Source of the DNA: Azolla caroliniana
Taxonomy: Eukaryota > Plantae > Polypodiophyta
Direction: 5' to 3'
NCBI GenBank assembly: GCA_043228905.1
Contig: JBHGNT010000014.1
Span: forward strand, 16,306,001-16,370,000
DNA length: 64,000 nt
Positions 34,671 to 50,399 of the stretch are shown piece after piece (the first letter of the stretch is position 1; every line of letters starts with the position of its first letter). The notes under the pieces were generated by a model. That model was not told where the DNA came from. It ran no database searches and saw nothing but the letters and a program-made list of their open reading frames with translations. The position numbers and the translations under genes are program-made.

Positions 34671-37108
34671 TGTCAAAATGATTCACAAACCAAAATGCTA
34701 GAAGTCAAATCTAGAAAGCCAACCAATTGGGTCAAACGATCACTCGTAGAAAAAACTCCAAGTTACGTGTTGACTGACCAATCCGAACCGACATCGACAC
34801 AATTGAACTAGCCGAACACTCATGAAGTAAGGGACAATCTAACATCAATGCAAGACAATTGCAATTGCGAAGTCTTCAACAAATCTCCACCGAACAAAGG
34901 TTCAAACAATACTGACAGATCATCAACATTGATCGAAGAATCCGAACTGAATAAATTGGCACCGAGGAGAACAGGACGAGTTTGAAGGCTGACAAAGTCC
35001 TATCAACCGGGCCCGGACTACGTCAACTATATGGACACATGAGAACCGAGCTCATACATGGAAGCCATTACTGTGCATGATGCCGAAACATGGCAACAAG
35101 CCATGCGATCCAAAATGGACTCAATCAAATAGAATAACACATGGGAATTGGTCGAATTACCATGCGGTAGGAAGTCGCTACCCTACAAATGGGTTTGCAT
35201 GTACAAATATGTACCTGGTTCGGAAAAACCTAAGTACAAAGCTTGACTCGTCGCCAAGGGATTCAAACAAGAATGCGGCGTTGACTACGACGATATTTTT
35301 TTCTCTTGTAGTCAAGATGATGACCCTTTGACTCTTATTCGGAGTGATGGCGACGAAAGCTCTTGAGCTTGAGCAACTAGACGTCAAGATGTCATTTGAC
35401 CATGGAGATATGGAAGAAGACATTTATATGTCTTGGTCAACAGGCTTCACGGTGATGGGGGGAGGAAAGTCACCTTATTTGTTGGCTGAAGAAAAGTCTT
35501 TACGGCTTAAAGCAAGCACCAAGGATGTGGTATCAGAAGTTTGACTCCTACATCCAGAAGCTTGGGTACAACTGGTGTATGTACATTCGGCAATTTGACC
35601 CAAATCTACATGATCCTTTACGTCGGCAACATGCTCATCGCCGACAACAACAGAGCCAAAATCGGGAAGCCAAAATGGCAACTTCACGATAAATTCTCGA
35701 TGAAGGAACTCGAAGAGACCCGACAAATCTTGGGCATAAGGATAGAGCAAGACGGGACGAAGAAGATCCTACTGCTCTCCCAATCCGACTATATATGTAA
35801 GGCGTTGACATGATTCAACATAGACACGTCAAAGCCAGCACCGACTCCGCTCCCAACGTTGATCCGACTAGTGCACATGGAGTCTCCCTCTACAAAGGTT
35901 GAGACTGAGCAGATGAGAAAGATACCCTATGCATCGGCCGTAGGAAGTCTCATGTACGCAATGGTGGCCACCCGACCCAATCTTGCATATGTCGTAGCCG
36001 TCACCAACTGCTACATGTCTAATCCCGGAAAGAAGCATTGGGAAGTTTTTAAACACATATTCTAGTATCTTCGCGGAACCGAGAACTTACAACTAACTTT
36101 CAGATCGAACTATCTGATCGACGTCGAAGGTTTCACTGATTCTGACAATGCCGAATCAAGGACAACCCCGACAATCGGAAATCAACATCAGGCTACGTCT
36201 TCACATACGGAGGTAGAGCGATTTCACCGAGGTCGAAACTCCACGGATGTACAACACTCTCCACAACAAAGGTCGTGTACATCATTGCGTCAGAGGTCGC
36301 AAAAGAAGCTATTTGGCTGCAATGCTTGTCGGCTGATTTTTTGGCCAAGAGTTTATTCGACCATCCAGCTTTGACTCTATATTGCGACTCACAGAGCACA
36401 ATCCACCTCATTCGGAACCCAGTCTATCATGCCAAGATGAAACATATTGAGGTGAGGTATCACCATATTCGAGAGGTCGTCACCGACAAAAAGCTCAAAA
36501 TCTGGAAGGTCAATACAGAGGTGAACATCGTTGATTGCCTAACGAAGTTGCTCCTAGATCACCGCTTTGGAACACTAAGGAGACAGATGGAACTTCAACA
36601 ACAAGTTGAGGAGAACTGCAAAGCTAAATCAAAGGTAGGAGGAGAAGAGCCGAAGGTCGAAAGAGCTGAAAAAGCTGACAATCTGAAGAGCCGGAATCGA
36701 GCAACTGGCCAAAGAGCCAAAGGGCTGGAAGAGCCGAAGGACCATAGGAACCGATCATACCAACTCAACCACTCCCAATTTAGGAATTAGCCAAACAACT
36801 TGAAATTTGTAATTGTAATTTAAGTCCACAGGGGGAGATAATCCCTAGCTTAGCTCATTGTAATCAATTAGAGTAGTTCTTTTAAGGGGGAGTTTGGGCT
36901 TAGGTAACCTAACTATATATGAGAAACTATATCTTGTAAAAAAGTTTATGGCGGGATTAGTAATACAACTATCTCTCTCTCTCTCCCTTTTCTCTATGCA
37001 TATCTTCTTGATTGAAGAATACACCATTCTACCTTCACATGTTACTCGCATGCCAACTCTATACACAAGGTCCTCCTTGCCTTTCCACACTGGTCAGTAA
37101 TAACAACA
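34671..37108 (+). mobile_element. Degenerate Tork-like copia G (RT-RNase H, PPT, LTR remnant)
   Basis: LEQLDVK, PYASAVGSLMYAMVATRP, KHIEVRYHHIRE; PPT AGGGGGAGA ~36830; boundaries approximate. Confidence 0.75.
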
Positions 37109-39080
37109 CACGATAGCCAACAGATGCCACTATGCAATGTAGGGGTTGAACCAATGACCACCTGGTCTCCATTGGGCAACCTTACTAATTCTGTCTCTCC
37201 TTACATATATCTATCTGTTATTTGAGTTGTGTGATTGCCTATCTTATTCTCTAAATCTTGAAATTCTTAACATTCCTAACTCTTGCATAGCTCTACCTTA
37301 TATTTGAGACAATTCCTCACCAAAAAACATGTGAAACGAAGTGTCTAAAATGTTATAGTAAAAGTTACAAAAAGTATGCTTAGATCAACTAAACAATCCA
37401 AAATCCTTACAATTAGAGAAGTATGTGTGTGCTTGTTAATATTCGAAAATTAGATGTTCTCGTATGAAACACATCCATAAAATTTATAACTTATAAGATT
37501 TATCTAGAGTGTAAATTAATTCATTGTGCGTAATCATCATACTTAATTTGTTCGGAAAATTTTGATTGATGTAGCATCTAATTGAAGCTACTTGTAATTG
37601 TGATAAAACGGTTCACCAAAGCAAAGTTTTTTCTAGTTTCTAATTGAAGATAAACGAATAACTAAATGATTCTACAAATCAACCTCATTTCTTGATTATC
37701 TATTGCTCAAAAGTTTATAATTGTATGCTTAATCTAATTAAAAATAAAAATAAATATGCATTTGCAGTTTTGGTAAATTATAACCATATTTTATTGTATT
37801 AAGGTAAATATCTATGTTGGTTTCTACATATGTCAATGTAGTTTCGACTTGCAAGAATCTAGCTCACCTAGTTTAGAATTCCGTAAGGAAACTTTAGCAC
37901 TAGAAATTATGAATAATAAATCTTGTATCGTGTGCCAGATATTCTCAAAGAAATTACTTGCATCTGTAAGGCATCAATGGTAAATCGATGGCTTGTTCTC
38001 GAGTAAATTACCATGATTGACCCTAGGCATTTGATATTCTCTACATCATGATGCAAATTTTTACCACAGTCATTAAAATTTCTAGAACAAAGGTCATTAA
38101 AGGATGTGATGATATCCTCGAAATGTCTACACACACACACACACACACACATGTTATGGCCCATTTTCTACTTGTTCCGTTGTAACTTGTCTAGAATGAA
38201 TGACAATATCGTGAGCCCTATTTGCATGGTAGCAAAAAGAAGAGGTGAGGTGCAATAATCCCAAAAATACCATTTCTTAATTCGAACGCGGCCCAAAAGC
38301 AAACTCTACCAACAAAGCTCCACGTTAATGACAACGACGTAGCCATACATTTCAAAATTCAGCGAGAAACACCAATGATTAAACTATTGCACCAAGTCGG
38401 TGTGGCCTCGACGACGATCGGGTATTGATTGTAGTAATCGCATTTACTACAGGTTTCAAAAGGACAAATGGACTGGACTGATTGTTGTATCCCCGCCCCC
38501 ACCCCCCACCCCCCAAAAAAAAACAAAAGTCCTCTCCCTTTTGCAAGGAGCTATGGGATGATTAGAAGGTCCCAATGGCGTATATGGAATGTGGTGTGAA
38601 TGAACTATATGTATACACATTATATACATACAACACAATGTAGAGATGATCGAGTGGGTGGTCGGGCGAGCGAGCGAATCGACCATATATCAAGCATGGT
38701 TTTACGGCCGGGTTCGAAAGGGTATGAATGTGTCCACAAACACGCATGCATTCATATGTAGGGGTAGAGAGAGGGAGAGAGAGAGAGAGAGAGAGAGAGA
38801 CATACACACACACACACACGTGTGCATCCACATGGAGAGACATATACAAACACATGTGAATGGCTATGTATGTGCAATCGGATCGATGCATGTACATATT
38901 CCTTCATTCACGTGTGTGTGTGTGTGTGTGTGTGTGTTGGAATCGAAGCAGGAAAAAGGAGAAAGGAAGGAGGGAATCTTATGAGACATGGACAGCAGCA
39001 GCAGCAGGAAGAAGAGGAAAAAAGAAAGTAGCCGTTTGATGACAGTGTTCGTTGCCTATAAATTCATATATATATATATA

Positions 39081-39146
39081 GGAAATTGGTAAATTCACAG
39101 TTTTTTCCTTAAAATACAGAAAAAAACTGTGAATTTATCAATTTCC
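39081..39146. repeat. 66-bp foldback (mini-MITE-like hairpin) in TA-rich context
   Basis: GGAAATTGGTAAATTCACAGTTTTTT / AAAAAACTGTGAATTTATCAATTTCC. Confidence 0.8.
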
Positions 39147-39175
39147 TTTATATAATGGTATCGCTGCGGAATTGC

Positions 39176-39335
39176 GTCCGTACAAATGTCCGTTCGACCG
39201 TACAAATGTCCGGGTAGCATCCCAGTCCGTTCATCCGCCCGGAAACGAAAAGAAATATGCGTGTGCGTGTGTGTGTATGTGTGTCCGTCCGTACAAATGT
39301 CCGGGCACCCATCCCGTCCGTTCGTCTGCCCGGAC
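39176..39335. repeat. CGTCCG/CCGTACAAATGTCCG motif cluster upstream of the X8 gene
   Basis: CCGTACAAATGTCCG three times plus repeated TCCG motifs; resembles DNA-transposon subterminal repeats. Confidence 0.6.
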
Positions 39336-39545
39336 ACAAAACAGCTTTCTTCAATGCCCCCCCCCCCCCTGCCCTCTCTCTCCTTCCTCCTTATTATATC
39401 TATGTGATGGTGGGCATCCTTCTGCCTTCTTCTTCTTCTTCTTCTTCAAAAATCTGCCTAAATTTGCAGCTCTGTGCTGCCTTTCCTGAGCCTGTGTAGT
39501 TTTTTGAACCCCACTCCTTCCCCAAATTCTTAGGTTCGGCAAGCA

Positions 39546-41267
39546 ATGAGGGCTTCTCATGATCTGCCCAAGCTCCTCTGCACTCTGCTGCTGCTACTAC
39601 TCTTCATAGCACAAGGTATATATGTATGTATGCATGTATGTATGTATATATGTAGCTATGGCGGAAGCAATTCTGCAGGCATTTCTTCTTCCCCTAGCAT
39701 AGAATGCACACTCGAAGCAACATTGCATTTGCTCATGTTGGCGTAGGAATTCGCTCATCAGAAAAAATCGTAGCAATGCATGTATGTATGAGTGAGTGAA
39801 TGAATGAATTAATGGCGGAGCTGAGAGGTTTCTCTCCAGATTTCATGTGCTCTTGCGCGCGCAGGCATAGATCTATCTGGCTTAAGCTCGTAGGCGAGGG
39901 TTAAGAGAGTTAATTCGTCTGGTGGTGGTGCAGACATGGGATTAACAGGTCCAAGGAATATGGATTTTTGTTTTTTTTTTTTTTTTTTTTTTGCAGGAAC
40001 GAGCGGCTCCAGGAGATGGATCGTGCAGATGGGGGGAAGCAGTAGCAGTAGCAGCAGAAGAAGTAGTAGTAGTGGTGGTGGTGGTGGTGGGGGTATGCAG
40101 AAGAGGAGCAGGGGGCATGGTGATGTGGTAATGGCGGAGGTGATTCACGCGCGGCGGCTGCAGGCGGCGCCATACTGCGTGGCGATTGCTGGAGCAGACG
40201 AGACGAAGCTCCAGGACGGCTTGGACTGGGCCTGCGGATCTGGGAGCGGCCAAGGGAACGTGGACTGCTCCGCCATTCTGCAGACGGGCTCCTGCTACAA
40301 CCCTAATACCCTGCAGGGCCACGCCTCCTACGCCTTCAACTACTATTACGTGAAGGAAGGCGGCTCCTCCGGCTCCTGCGACTTCAATGGCGTCGCCACT
40401 ACCTCCTCCACCGACCCCAGTACGCTTCCCTACCCTTCCTTTCTCTCCTCTCACCATCATCATCATCTTCTTCGTCTTCTGCACAGGTCTTTTCTCATTG
40501 CAGTGTAGTGATGGATGGGAGGAGCTGCTAGGGTTTCTTGACCACTCCATTTGCTTGCATTTCTTGCTCTCCTCCCCCTCCCTCCCTCCCTCCCTCCCTC
40601 CTTCAGAGCTGCATTGAAATGACTGTGGGGAATTTAACCTGGAATTTTATTTTAATCCGGTTTTCTGCAAATTTGGCGGTTTTCTTTTTTCTGCAGGCAG
40701 CGGGAGCTGCGTGTATCCATCGCTCTCGGCAGGGTACGTTAAAGGAAAACAACAAGAAAAAAACTCTAGATTTTGTTTTGTTTTTTTAGTGTAGTAGGAC
40801 ATGGATTTTGTGTGTCTGTTGTCTGCATTGGCATGGTAGCTTCTGCATCTAACCCTAAAACTTCTCCTGTGTGTATGTATGTGTGTATGCAGGGTTTAGG
40901 GTATATGGTTTTCCTGTATCTGTTGTCTGCAATGGAATGGCATGGAATCTTTTGCATAGAACCTGAAATTTCTCCTCTATGTATGAATGTATGAATGTAT
41001 GTATATGTATGTATGTATGTATGTATATGTATGTATGAATGGTTTAGGATTTTTCTGTGTCTGTTGTCTGCAATGGCATGACTGTATGAATGTATGTATA
41101 TGTATGTATGTATGTATATGTATGTATGAATGGTTTAGGATTTTTCTGTGTCTGTTGTCTGCAATGGCATGACATTATGTGTCTGTTGTATGCAATTGCA
41201 TGGCATGGCATGGTATCTTCTGCATCCAACCTGAAACTTCTCCTGTGTGTATGTATGTATGTATGTA

Positions 41268-41311
<44 letters not shown>

Positions 41312-41605
41312 CAGGGTATAGTTGTCTGCAACGGCATGGCATGGTATCTTCTCAATCTAACCTGAACTTTCTCCTCTATGTATGTGTGCATGCATGTGTG
41401 TGTATGCAGGATCAGCAGCCCAACCTCTAGCAATGGAAACTCCACCATCGGTTCACCTCCGAGTGACACCAGCACAAATGGGACATCCATCACAGGAACC
41501 ACCTCCAATGCTCCCAACCTCACCATTGCCATCTCCTCGGCTTCTCTCCTGACCTTCGCCGGTATCCTGTTCATGTCATCGGCATTCCCGATCGGGTATC
41601 TGTAA
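39546..41605 (+). CDS. X8 (CBM43) domain protein, plasmodesmata callose-binding protein (PDCB)-like, 241 aa, signal peptide and GPI-type tail
   Basis: Exons 39546-39615, 39997-40419, 40697-40733, 41410-41605, GT-AG and phase-consistent; YCVA..LQDGLDWACG..DCSAILQTGSCYNPNTLQGHASYAFNYYY..CDFNGVA..DPSSGSCVYP; S/T-rich linker, hydrophobic C-terminus. Confidence 0.92.
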
Positions 41606-44600
41606 ACATCCGGCGATGGCAAGACCATCCGTTGTTGGCCCCCGCCCGCCCATTTGTAATCATCCGGCGAAGCAAAGACCTCTTTTTTTTTTTGTCCTTG
41701 CGGTAGACCTATATATGTAATCCATTCTTTTGTTTCTAAGGCACTATTTTTGGTTTGTTTTCGGTTGAAGTGCTACAGGGCCATTGTATTGTACTACAAA
41801 ACTTTGGATTCAAATTGACATGGAAACAAAGAATCATTTTGACACATAATGAGACTAGAAATAGACCACGCCCGACATAGCGTATGATCTGGTTGTATTA
41901 ACTCTGAAGAGATCTCTTCTTTTGTTTCCTAGGCACTAATTTTGGATTGCTTTTTGGTTTGAATTTCTGCAGAGACATTGTATTGTACTAAACTTTGGAT
42001 TCAAATTGACATGGAAGCAAAGAATCATTTTGACACATAAGGAGACTAAGAATCATTTTATGTTAGTAGTTAGTTTATGATCTGGTTGTGTATGATAGGC
42101 TTTTGGTGTTCTAGTGTGCTGTCGAGCGCGGTCCCCTTGTCTCCCCCTGTCAATTGTGTGTTGGGGATGTGGGTGCATGCGAGGAATTGCTTGGTTTCAT
42201 TTCATATATTGCTGATATTGATGTAGTTCTGGCCATTGCTCTGCCCTCTGAATGAATAATGGTGCCCCCATATGCTTATTCAGCTAGCTAGCCAAGTCTA
42301 GCCTTCTAGCTACATAAAATGATTCTGTGAAGTTCAGGTCTAGTTCTACCATTGCTCTGCCCTCTGAATGAATAATGGTGCCTCCGTATGCTCATTCAGC
42401 TAGCTAGCCAAGTCTAGCCTTCTAGCTAGCTACATAAAATGATTCTGCAGTTTTTTGCAGTTTAGGTCCATGGGCACCTTTGCTTGTCTTTTTAGATGAG
42501 CTGAGCTGCTGCCTTTATGCCAGCTAGTAGTTATATGGCACTTTTCAGGGTTTTTGTATTGTCATGTTGTAGTGTATATACTTCTTTTAATATAAAAAGT
42601 GGGGGGAGAGAGAGAGAACCAATAATAAGTCTGAATCAATATGGAAAAGTTAGAAACCATCTGTCTACATAGATAGTGTGCACTGGCCTGGCCAATTTTA
42701 GATGCTTTGGATTCCCCTGACACACTCAAATTACCATGGGCAAAGATGACATATTCAGGTGATCAAAGCAATGTCCTCCACTGTAACTTGTAAGAGTCAT
42801 ATTTGTAATATTATGTGAGATTCTCGTTTTTCGTTTGAAAAAATTCTATAGGTCTATAGGCGAAGCATTTAGGCTTCCTACATTGAGTGAGCTATTGTTG
42901 ATATGAATGATGCCCTTGAAAATACATCGAGAATGTAATGAAGAACTGAACGGGTTACATGGTGTGCACAATGCCATGGTGGTGAGCCATGCTCTAGTGC
43001 ATGCGCTGGAAGTTTCGTAGTAGAATTATGGTGTGCACCCTTGTAAGGCTATTCCTACTCTTCGCTTCATTCTCTTTGCTCAAATGTAGTAAGCTACGAT
43101 TTACCATTATCTCCTTTCTTTTCCATTTGCAATTGCCACTAGTACATGGGTTTTCTTCAGTAAGTTTTGTGCATGTGAACACGCACTTCAATAATCGGAT
43201 ATTGTGTCTAGTTGGATATTATGTTAAGGAAATCACATGAGAGAGGTAATATGGAAACTCGCAAGCAAGGTATATGCTCTTTTAAGGTGGAAAAGTAAAA
43301 TAGTAAGAAACGAAAGGGGCATGTGCAAGGATTGTTCGTGATAACACAACATTCTACAATGTGCTTCAACTCATAGTGCCTATGATGGAGTTTACCTACT
43401 AAGTATAGGACATTCAACACAAAGGTTTGACACAACAATGCTTGTCTTGGACTTTACTTCTTTTACGAGCATTTGACACTAGTGTTTCACAACCATGAAA
43501 GGGGGTCAACTTTGGTACCCCTAGGTGGCAATTGCACCTTTTATGCTTCAAATATATTTAGCTCAAAAATTTCTCCATGCTTCACAATGATTTGAATGCA
43601 TATTAATCTAGTAGGAGCCTTGGGTAACAATTGTGATGCAAGTGTTCCTTCTTACGCACCATGCTCAAGTTTCCCTCCATGCTTTGTATAATGTCTCTAT
43701 GTAGAGAGTGGCCTCCAAAAAGCAATCTATGGATACATTAAGTTGTGCAAAAAATATATATCAATGTATGTATAAATATAGATAGATAGATAGACAGGCA
43801 TATATTCTCCACATTTCAAAAGAACCTCACAACTCTCTAGAAATAAAGGCTAGAATATTCAATGAATTCGGAGGACAAAACACGTATTCATAGATTCAAT
43901 GTTTATATTATTTACTTGCATAAAGACTCCGGTGAATACATAGAATTATAATCATACCGTAGAGGTTCTACTCCTTAAAGGGATAACTTTGGCAATAGAA
44001 TAATTGCTAGCCCTACAGACAAACAAACTATTCCAAAAGTTAGTGTAAAAGCAAGCCCTTTCATTTATTTTAGAGGAAATGTTTTAGTTACAAAACATTT
44101 GGTCATAAATCGTTGCCATTTCTTTACCGAAAAAGTGCTCAACATTTTGTTTATGGCATTTTGCGAATCCCCACCTTTTTATCGATGTAACTTTAAAATA
44201 GATTTAAGGCACAATTATATCCACCGGCAACAATCTCTCGTTCACATGTTTGATCCGGTTGATCACAACGTTGTGGTGCTTCAATCCATACATGTTTCGA
44301 AAAGAGATTCCTCGAGACATTTGATGAGCTACATCCGCCCCTATACTAATTTCATTCAAATGACAATTCATCGTTGCAACTTGACTTTCTTCATATATCT
44401 TTGGTGATGTGACTAAATACGTAAATGCTTATTTATATATTGGAATTTTGTACTATTTTAAAAACTATTATTATTTTATTTTCCTAATCACTTCAACTTA
44501 GAAATGGCACACACTTTCACGTGTCGGTGTGTGAGACCAAGCCCTAAGTTTCGATTCTGATCCCATGTGACGTACATATGTGGAAGTGGGCAATATTGCT

Positions 44601-45639
44601 CAAGATGTTTGTTACTATATGAGTAGTGTAAAGTTGTGGCTTTGCAGTTAGCTCAATACTTTATGCTCAAAATAGTATAGCAACCAACAACCATAGCATC
44701 ACCAAGACTTCAAATATATGCCCATGGACATGAAAAATATATCCTTGCACCTAGTTTCCGTTTTTTCCAAAAAAGTGCTAAGTTTGCTTTCGTAACCAAT
44801 GTCAAAGGATGCATGCATTTTTCAATGTGGTATGACTGAGATCGGCATTTTATCCCACCATCTAACAATTGTTTATCTCGACACAAAAACACTTTCTAAT
44901 TTGCATATCATGATAATGTAATAACCTTAATTAAGATTTTCACCATTTATGGGTAAGCTTGCTTTAAATGTTTTCCAAATTGAATGACACATTCATCCAA
45001 GCGTTGACTCAAAAACAAGGAGTTGGGCCTCCAACCTTTTGGACAATGGATATAGGGTGAGGTTCCTTGGCCATCATGGTGGTGGTTATCATTCCGAGAT
45101 AGTTGCTTTGCGAATGAGAACTACACAATTCACTTATGAGACCATTAAGGACTAATCACATCACTACAATATTGAGAACACAAGAACAAAAGCGATAACT
45201 TCCAAATGACAAGACTTTGGATACTTCATTTTTTATTCTAGAAAAATCACACTAAATAACTCCTCACTCATTTTGTGTCATTTCGATGCTTAAATACTTT
45301 TTTATTCTAACAAAATCACACTAAAGAACTCCTCACTCAGTTTATGGCGGTCACTTCGATTAATTAATTTTACAAGTGTCAACTACTATTTCACCTAATT
45401 ACCTAAGAGGAAAAAACTTCGAATATCATTAAAATTATTGCAAGTAGGAATAAACAATCAAAGTGACCTCAGTTTGAGGGATGTTCCAATACAATCAGTG
45501 GTAACAACAATGCTAAATATTGTAAGAATCACAAGAACACAGATGGATCCAATATTGATGGTAAGTAAGTAAACACTGATCACCATGCTAAACAATGAAG
45601 GGTTGCAACTGACGCATCACAATCTGTTATGTTAGCAAA

Positions 45640-45930
45640 TTGTTCCCGAAGAACCAAACCTCGAGCAGATTGATTGATACGAAACCTACCAGCTTCTTCA
45701 TTGTTCTTGACTCAAGAAAACGCCGACAAGCTTGTCTTAACACCACATATTGTGTTACCATGAACCCCGAATGGATCGATTGATACGGAACTTGCTAGCT
45801 TCTTCTCTGTTCCTCACCCAGGAAAATGCCGACAGGTTTGTCCCGACACCACCTTGAATGGATCAATCGATACGGAACCTGCGGGTTTCTTCTCTGTTCC
45901 TCGCTCGAGAAAGTGCAGACAAGTTTGTCC
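45640..45930. repeat. Three imperfect tandem repeats of ~85-110 bp
   Basis: GATCGATTGATACGGAACTTGC..TTCTTCTCTGTTCCTC..GCCGACAAG-like unit x3. Confidence 0.7.
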
Positions 45931-45994
45931 CTAGATCACGTTTTGTGTAGGCACACACACAGAGATAGAAGAACGGGGCATCCATACATTTATC

Positions 45995-46234
45995 CATAGT
46001 ACGTAAAATTCGTGTTCGTCTAGCATAACATTCGTTTTCCTACGTTGGAAAATGAATGAGAATGTTATTCAAACATTCTTGTGTTTTTGTTTTTTGTTTC
46101 TTCCCATTTTTTAATGTTTTTTTTTTTCCATTTTTTAGGCTTATAATAAATAGTTAATCCAAAAGTATGGTATTTATCATTTGAAACATTCGTGAATGCG
46201 AATGCACGTATGGTACGTATGGGGTCATACTATG
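45995..46234. mobile_element. MITE-like element, copy 2 (inverted relative to 59-317), in the RPL18a promoter
   Basis: CATAGTAC...TACTATG ends; reverse-complement homology to 59-317. Confidence 0.65.
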
Positions 46235-46340
46235 CATGATGATGATTCATCCATTAAGGTTTTTATAGAATGGACTTCAATTTTGAATGTGGACCGTTGG
46301 ATGAGAGGGCCTCCCATGCTTCGTGGGAGCCGTCGGATCT

Positions 46341-46348
46341 TAGGGTTT
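46341..46348 (-). promoter_or_regulatory. Telo-box (AAACCCTA) typical of plant ribosomal protein promoters
   Basis: TAGGGTTT upstream of the RPL18a start; GGGCC site-II-like motif ~46307. Confidence 0.6.
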
Positions 46349-46490
46349 CGGTTTCCATGGCGTGAGGTGAGTCTGGGGGTCTCTCTGAGCAGAGCAGAGC
46401 AGAGGCAGGGGTCTCTGCGTTTCGTCGTCTCTGTCTCTCTCGAAGGACAGATCAGGTGGAAGCGAAGAAAAGATCGCCACTGCAGCGGCA

Positions 46491-49092
<2,602 letters not shown>

Positions 49093-49741
49093 GATTTATA
49101 CTTAATTTGGACAAGATTCTTAATTTGCTCGGCAAATGCTCCCCCAGTTGTTTTCTGGATTCAGGATAATATTGAGATTGTGATGCAGTATTTTTGACAG
49201 GCTTTGAAAGTTGAGTAAATATATATTTTTGTCACCATCAGTATGTTCAATATATATATTTCAGGGACCGATGTTAGGTTGTTTTTTGATTGCTATGTAT
49301 ATATGTTCTGCTAATTTAGTGTACCATTCCTTTTCAAAAGTATTGCATGCCCATGTCATGACTAAATTTGAGGTGGTGCCTTTTTAATGCAATCTATCTG
49401 TGTTCTGCATATTGAGTTTGCATTTTCTTATTCCAAGAATGGGATGCACTTGCTAGAACCGAGGATTATGCGAGAAAAAACCTCTAAATTTTGGTAGAGA
49501 TTATATGAGAAGCCTATTGAACTAGTTGCAGATGCAGGGTGAAGAAAATTTAATGGATTTCGATGATTTGACTGTAATTTTATGAAGTTGACTGCATTTT
49601 ATGGTTTCAATAATTTCTAAGCAATTGATGGTTGACATTTGAATGTTCATACAATTGTCCTGATTGTGCTTGTATGTTCATTACTTGTTGAGATCAGAGT
49701 ATGTACTTGAAGATCGTCTTAGCTGAATTTGTCGCCACGGC

Positions 49742-50399
49742 CAGCTATGGGCCCGGGCCTGCTTCTTTTTCTTGGCCTTGAAACCAAACCAAACCAATTA
49801 TTCATAATAAAAACCGAACCAAACTGTTCAAAATTTATGAAGCCATTTAAATGGAACCATTTAAAATATAGGAGAAACCAAACCGTTTACGGAAAATTTA
49901 GAAGTAAACCAAATTGGTTTATCATAAATCAAAACCAAACCAAACCAAACCATTTTTTATTGATATTGATTATCATACTTATTATAAATTTGTATGAGAA
50001 TCATCATAAATTTTGTCATTATACTTATTATAAAATTGGTCATCATTTTTATCTTAAATTTGGTTATTATGCTTATCATAAATTTGATCGTCATACTTAT
50101 CATATTTGATCATCATAAATGAAAAGGAGACTACATATAATGCGTATAAAATTTAATAAGTTAAAATTATAAGTTGAAAGTAAGAGCCTATACGGAATAT
50201 TTAGGAGTATTTTTTAACCTATAAACCTTTAAACTGAAACCAAAACTGAAAAGCCGATAAATCGTTAAACCATAAAATTCAAAACCAAACCGATTAGTAC
50301 CATTTGAAACCAAACTGAACTGTTTATTTATCTTCGAACCTACAAATTGTAAGCCACGGTTTATTGGTTCGGTTTGAGCTAAAACCGAGCCCATAGCTA
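49742..50399. mobile_element. Non-autonomous hAT-like DNA transposon
   Basis: TIR CAGCTATGGGCCCGG / CCGAGCCCATAGCTA; dense AAACCG/AAACCA subterminal motifs; degenerate 8-bp flanks GCCACGGC/GTTACGGG. Confidence 0.7.

Noticed and set aside
38456-39560. ORFs rich in CV/ER/HT runs
   Set aside because: Translations of microsatellites and low-complexity promoter DNA.
42700-45200. Short ORFs and possible TE relics between the X8 gene and RPL18a
   Set aside because: No recognisable motif, splice structure or termini.
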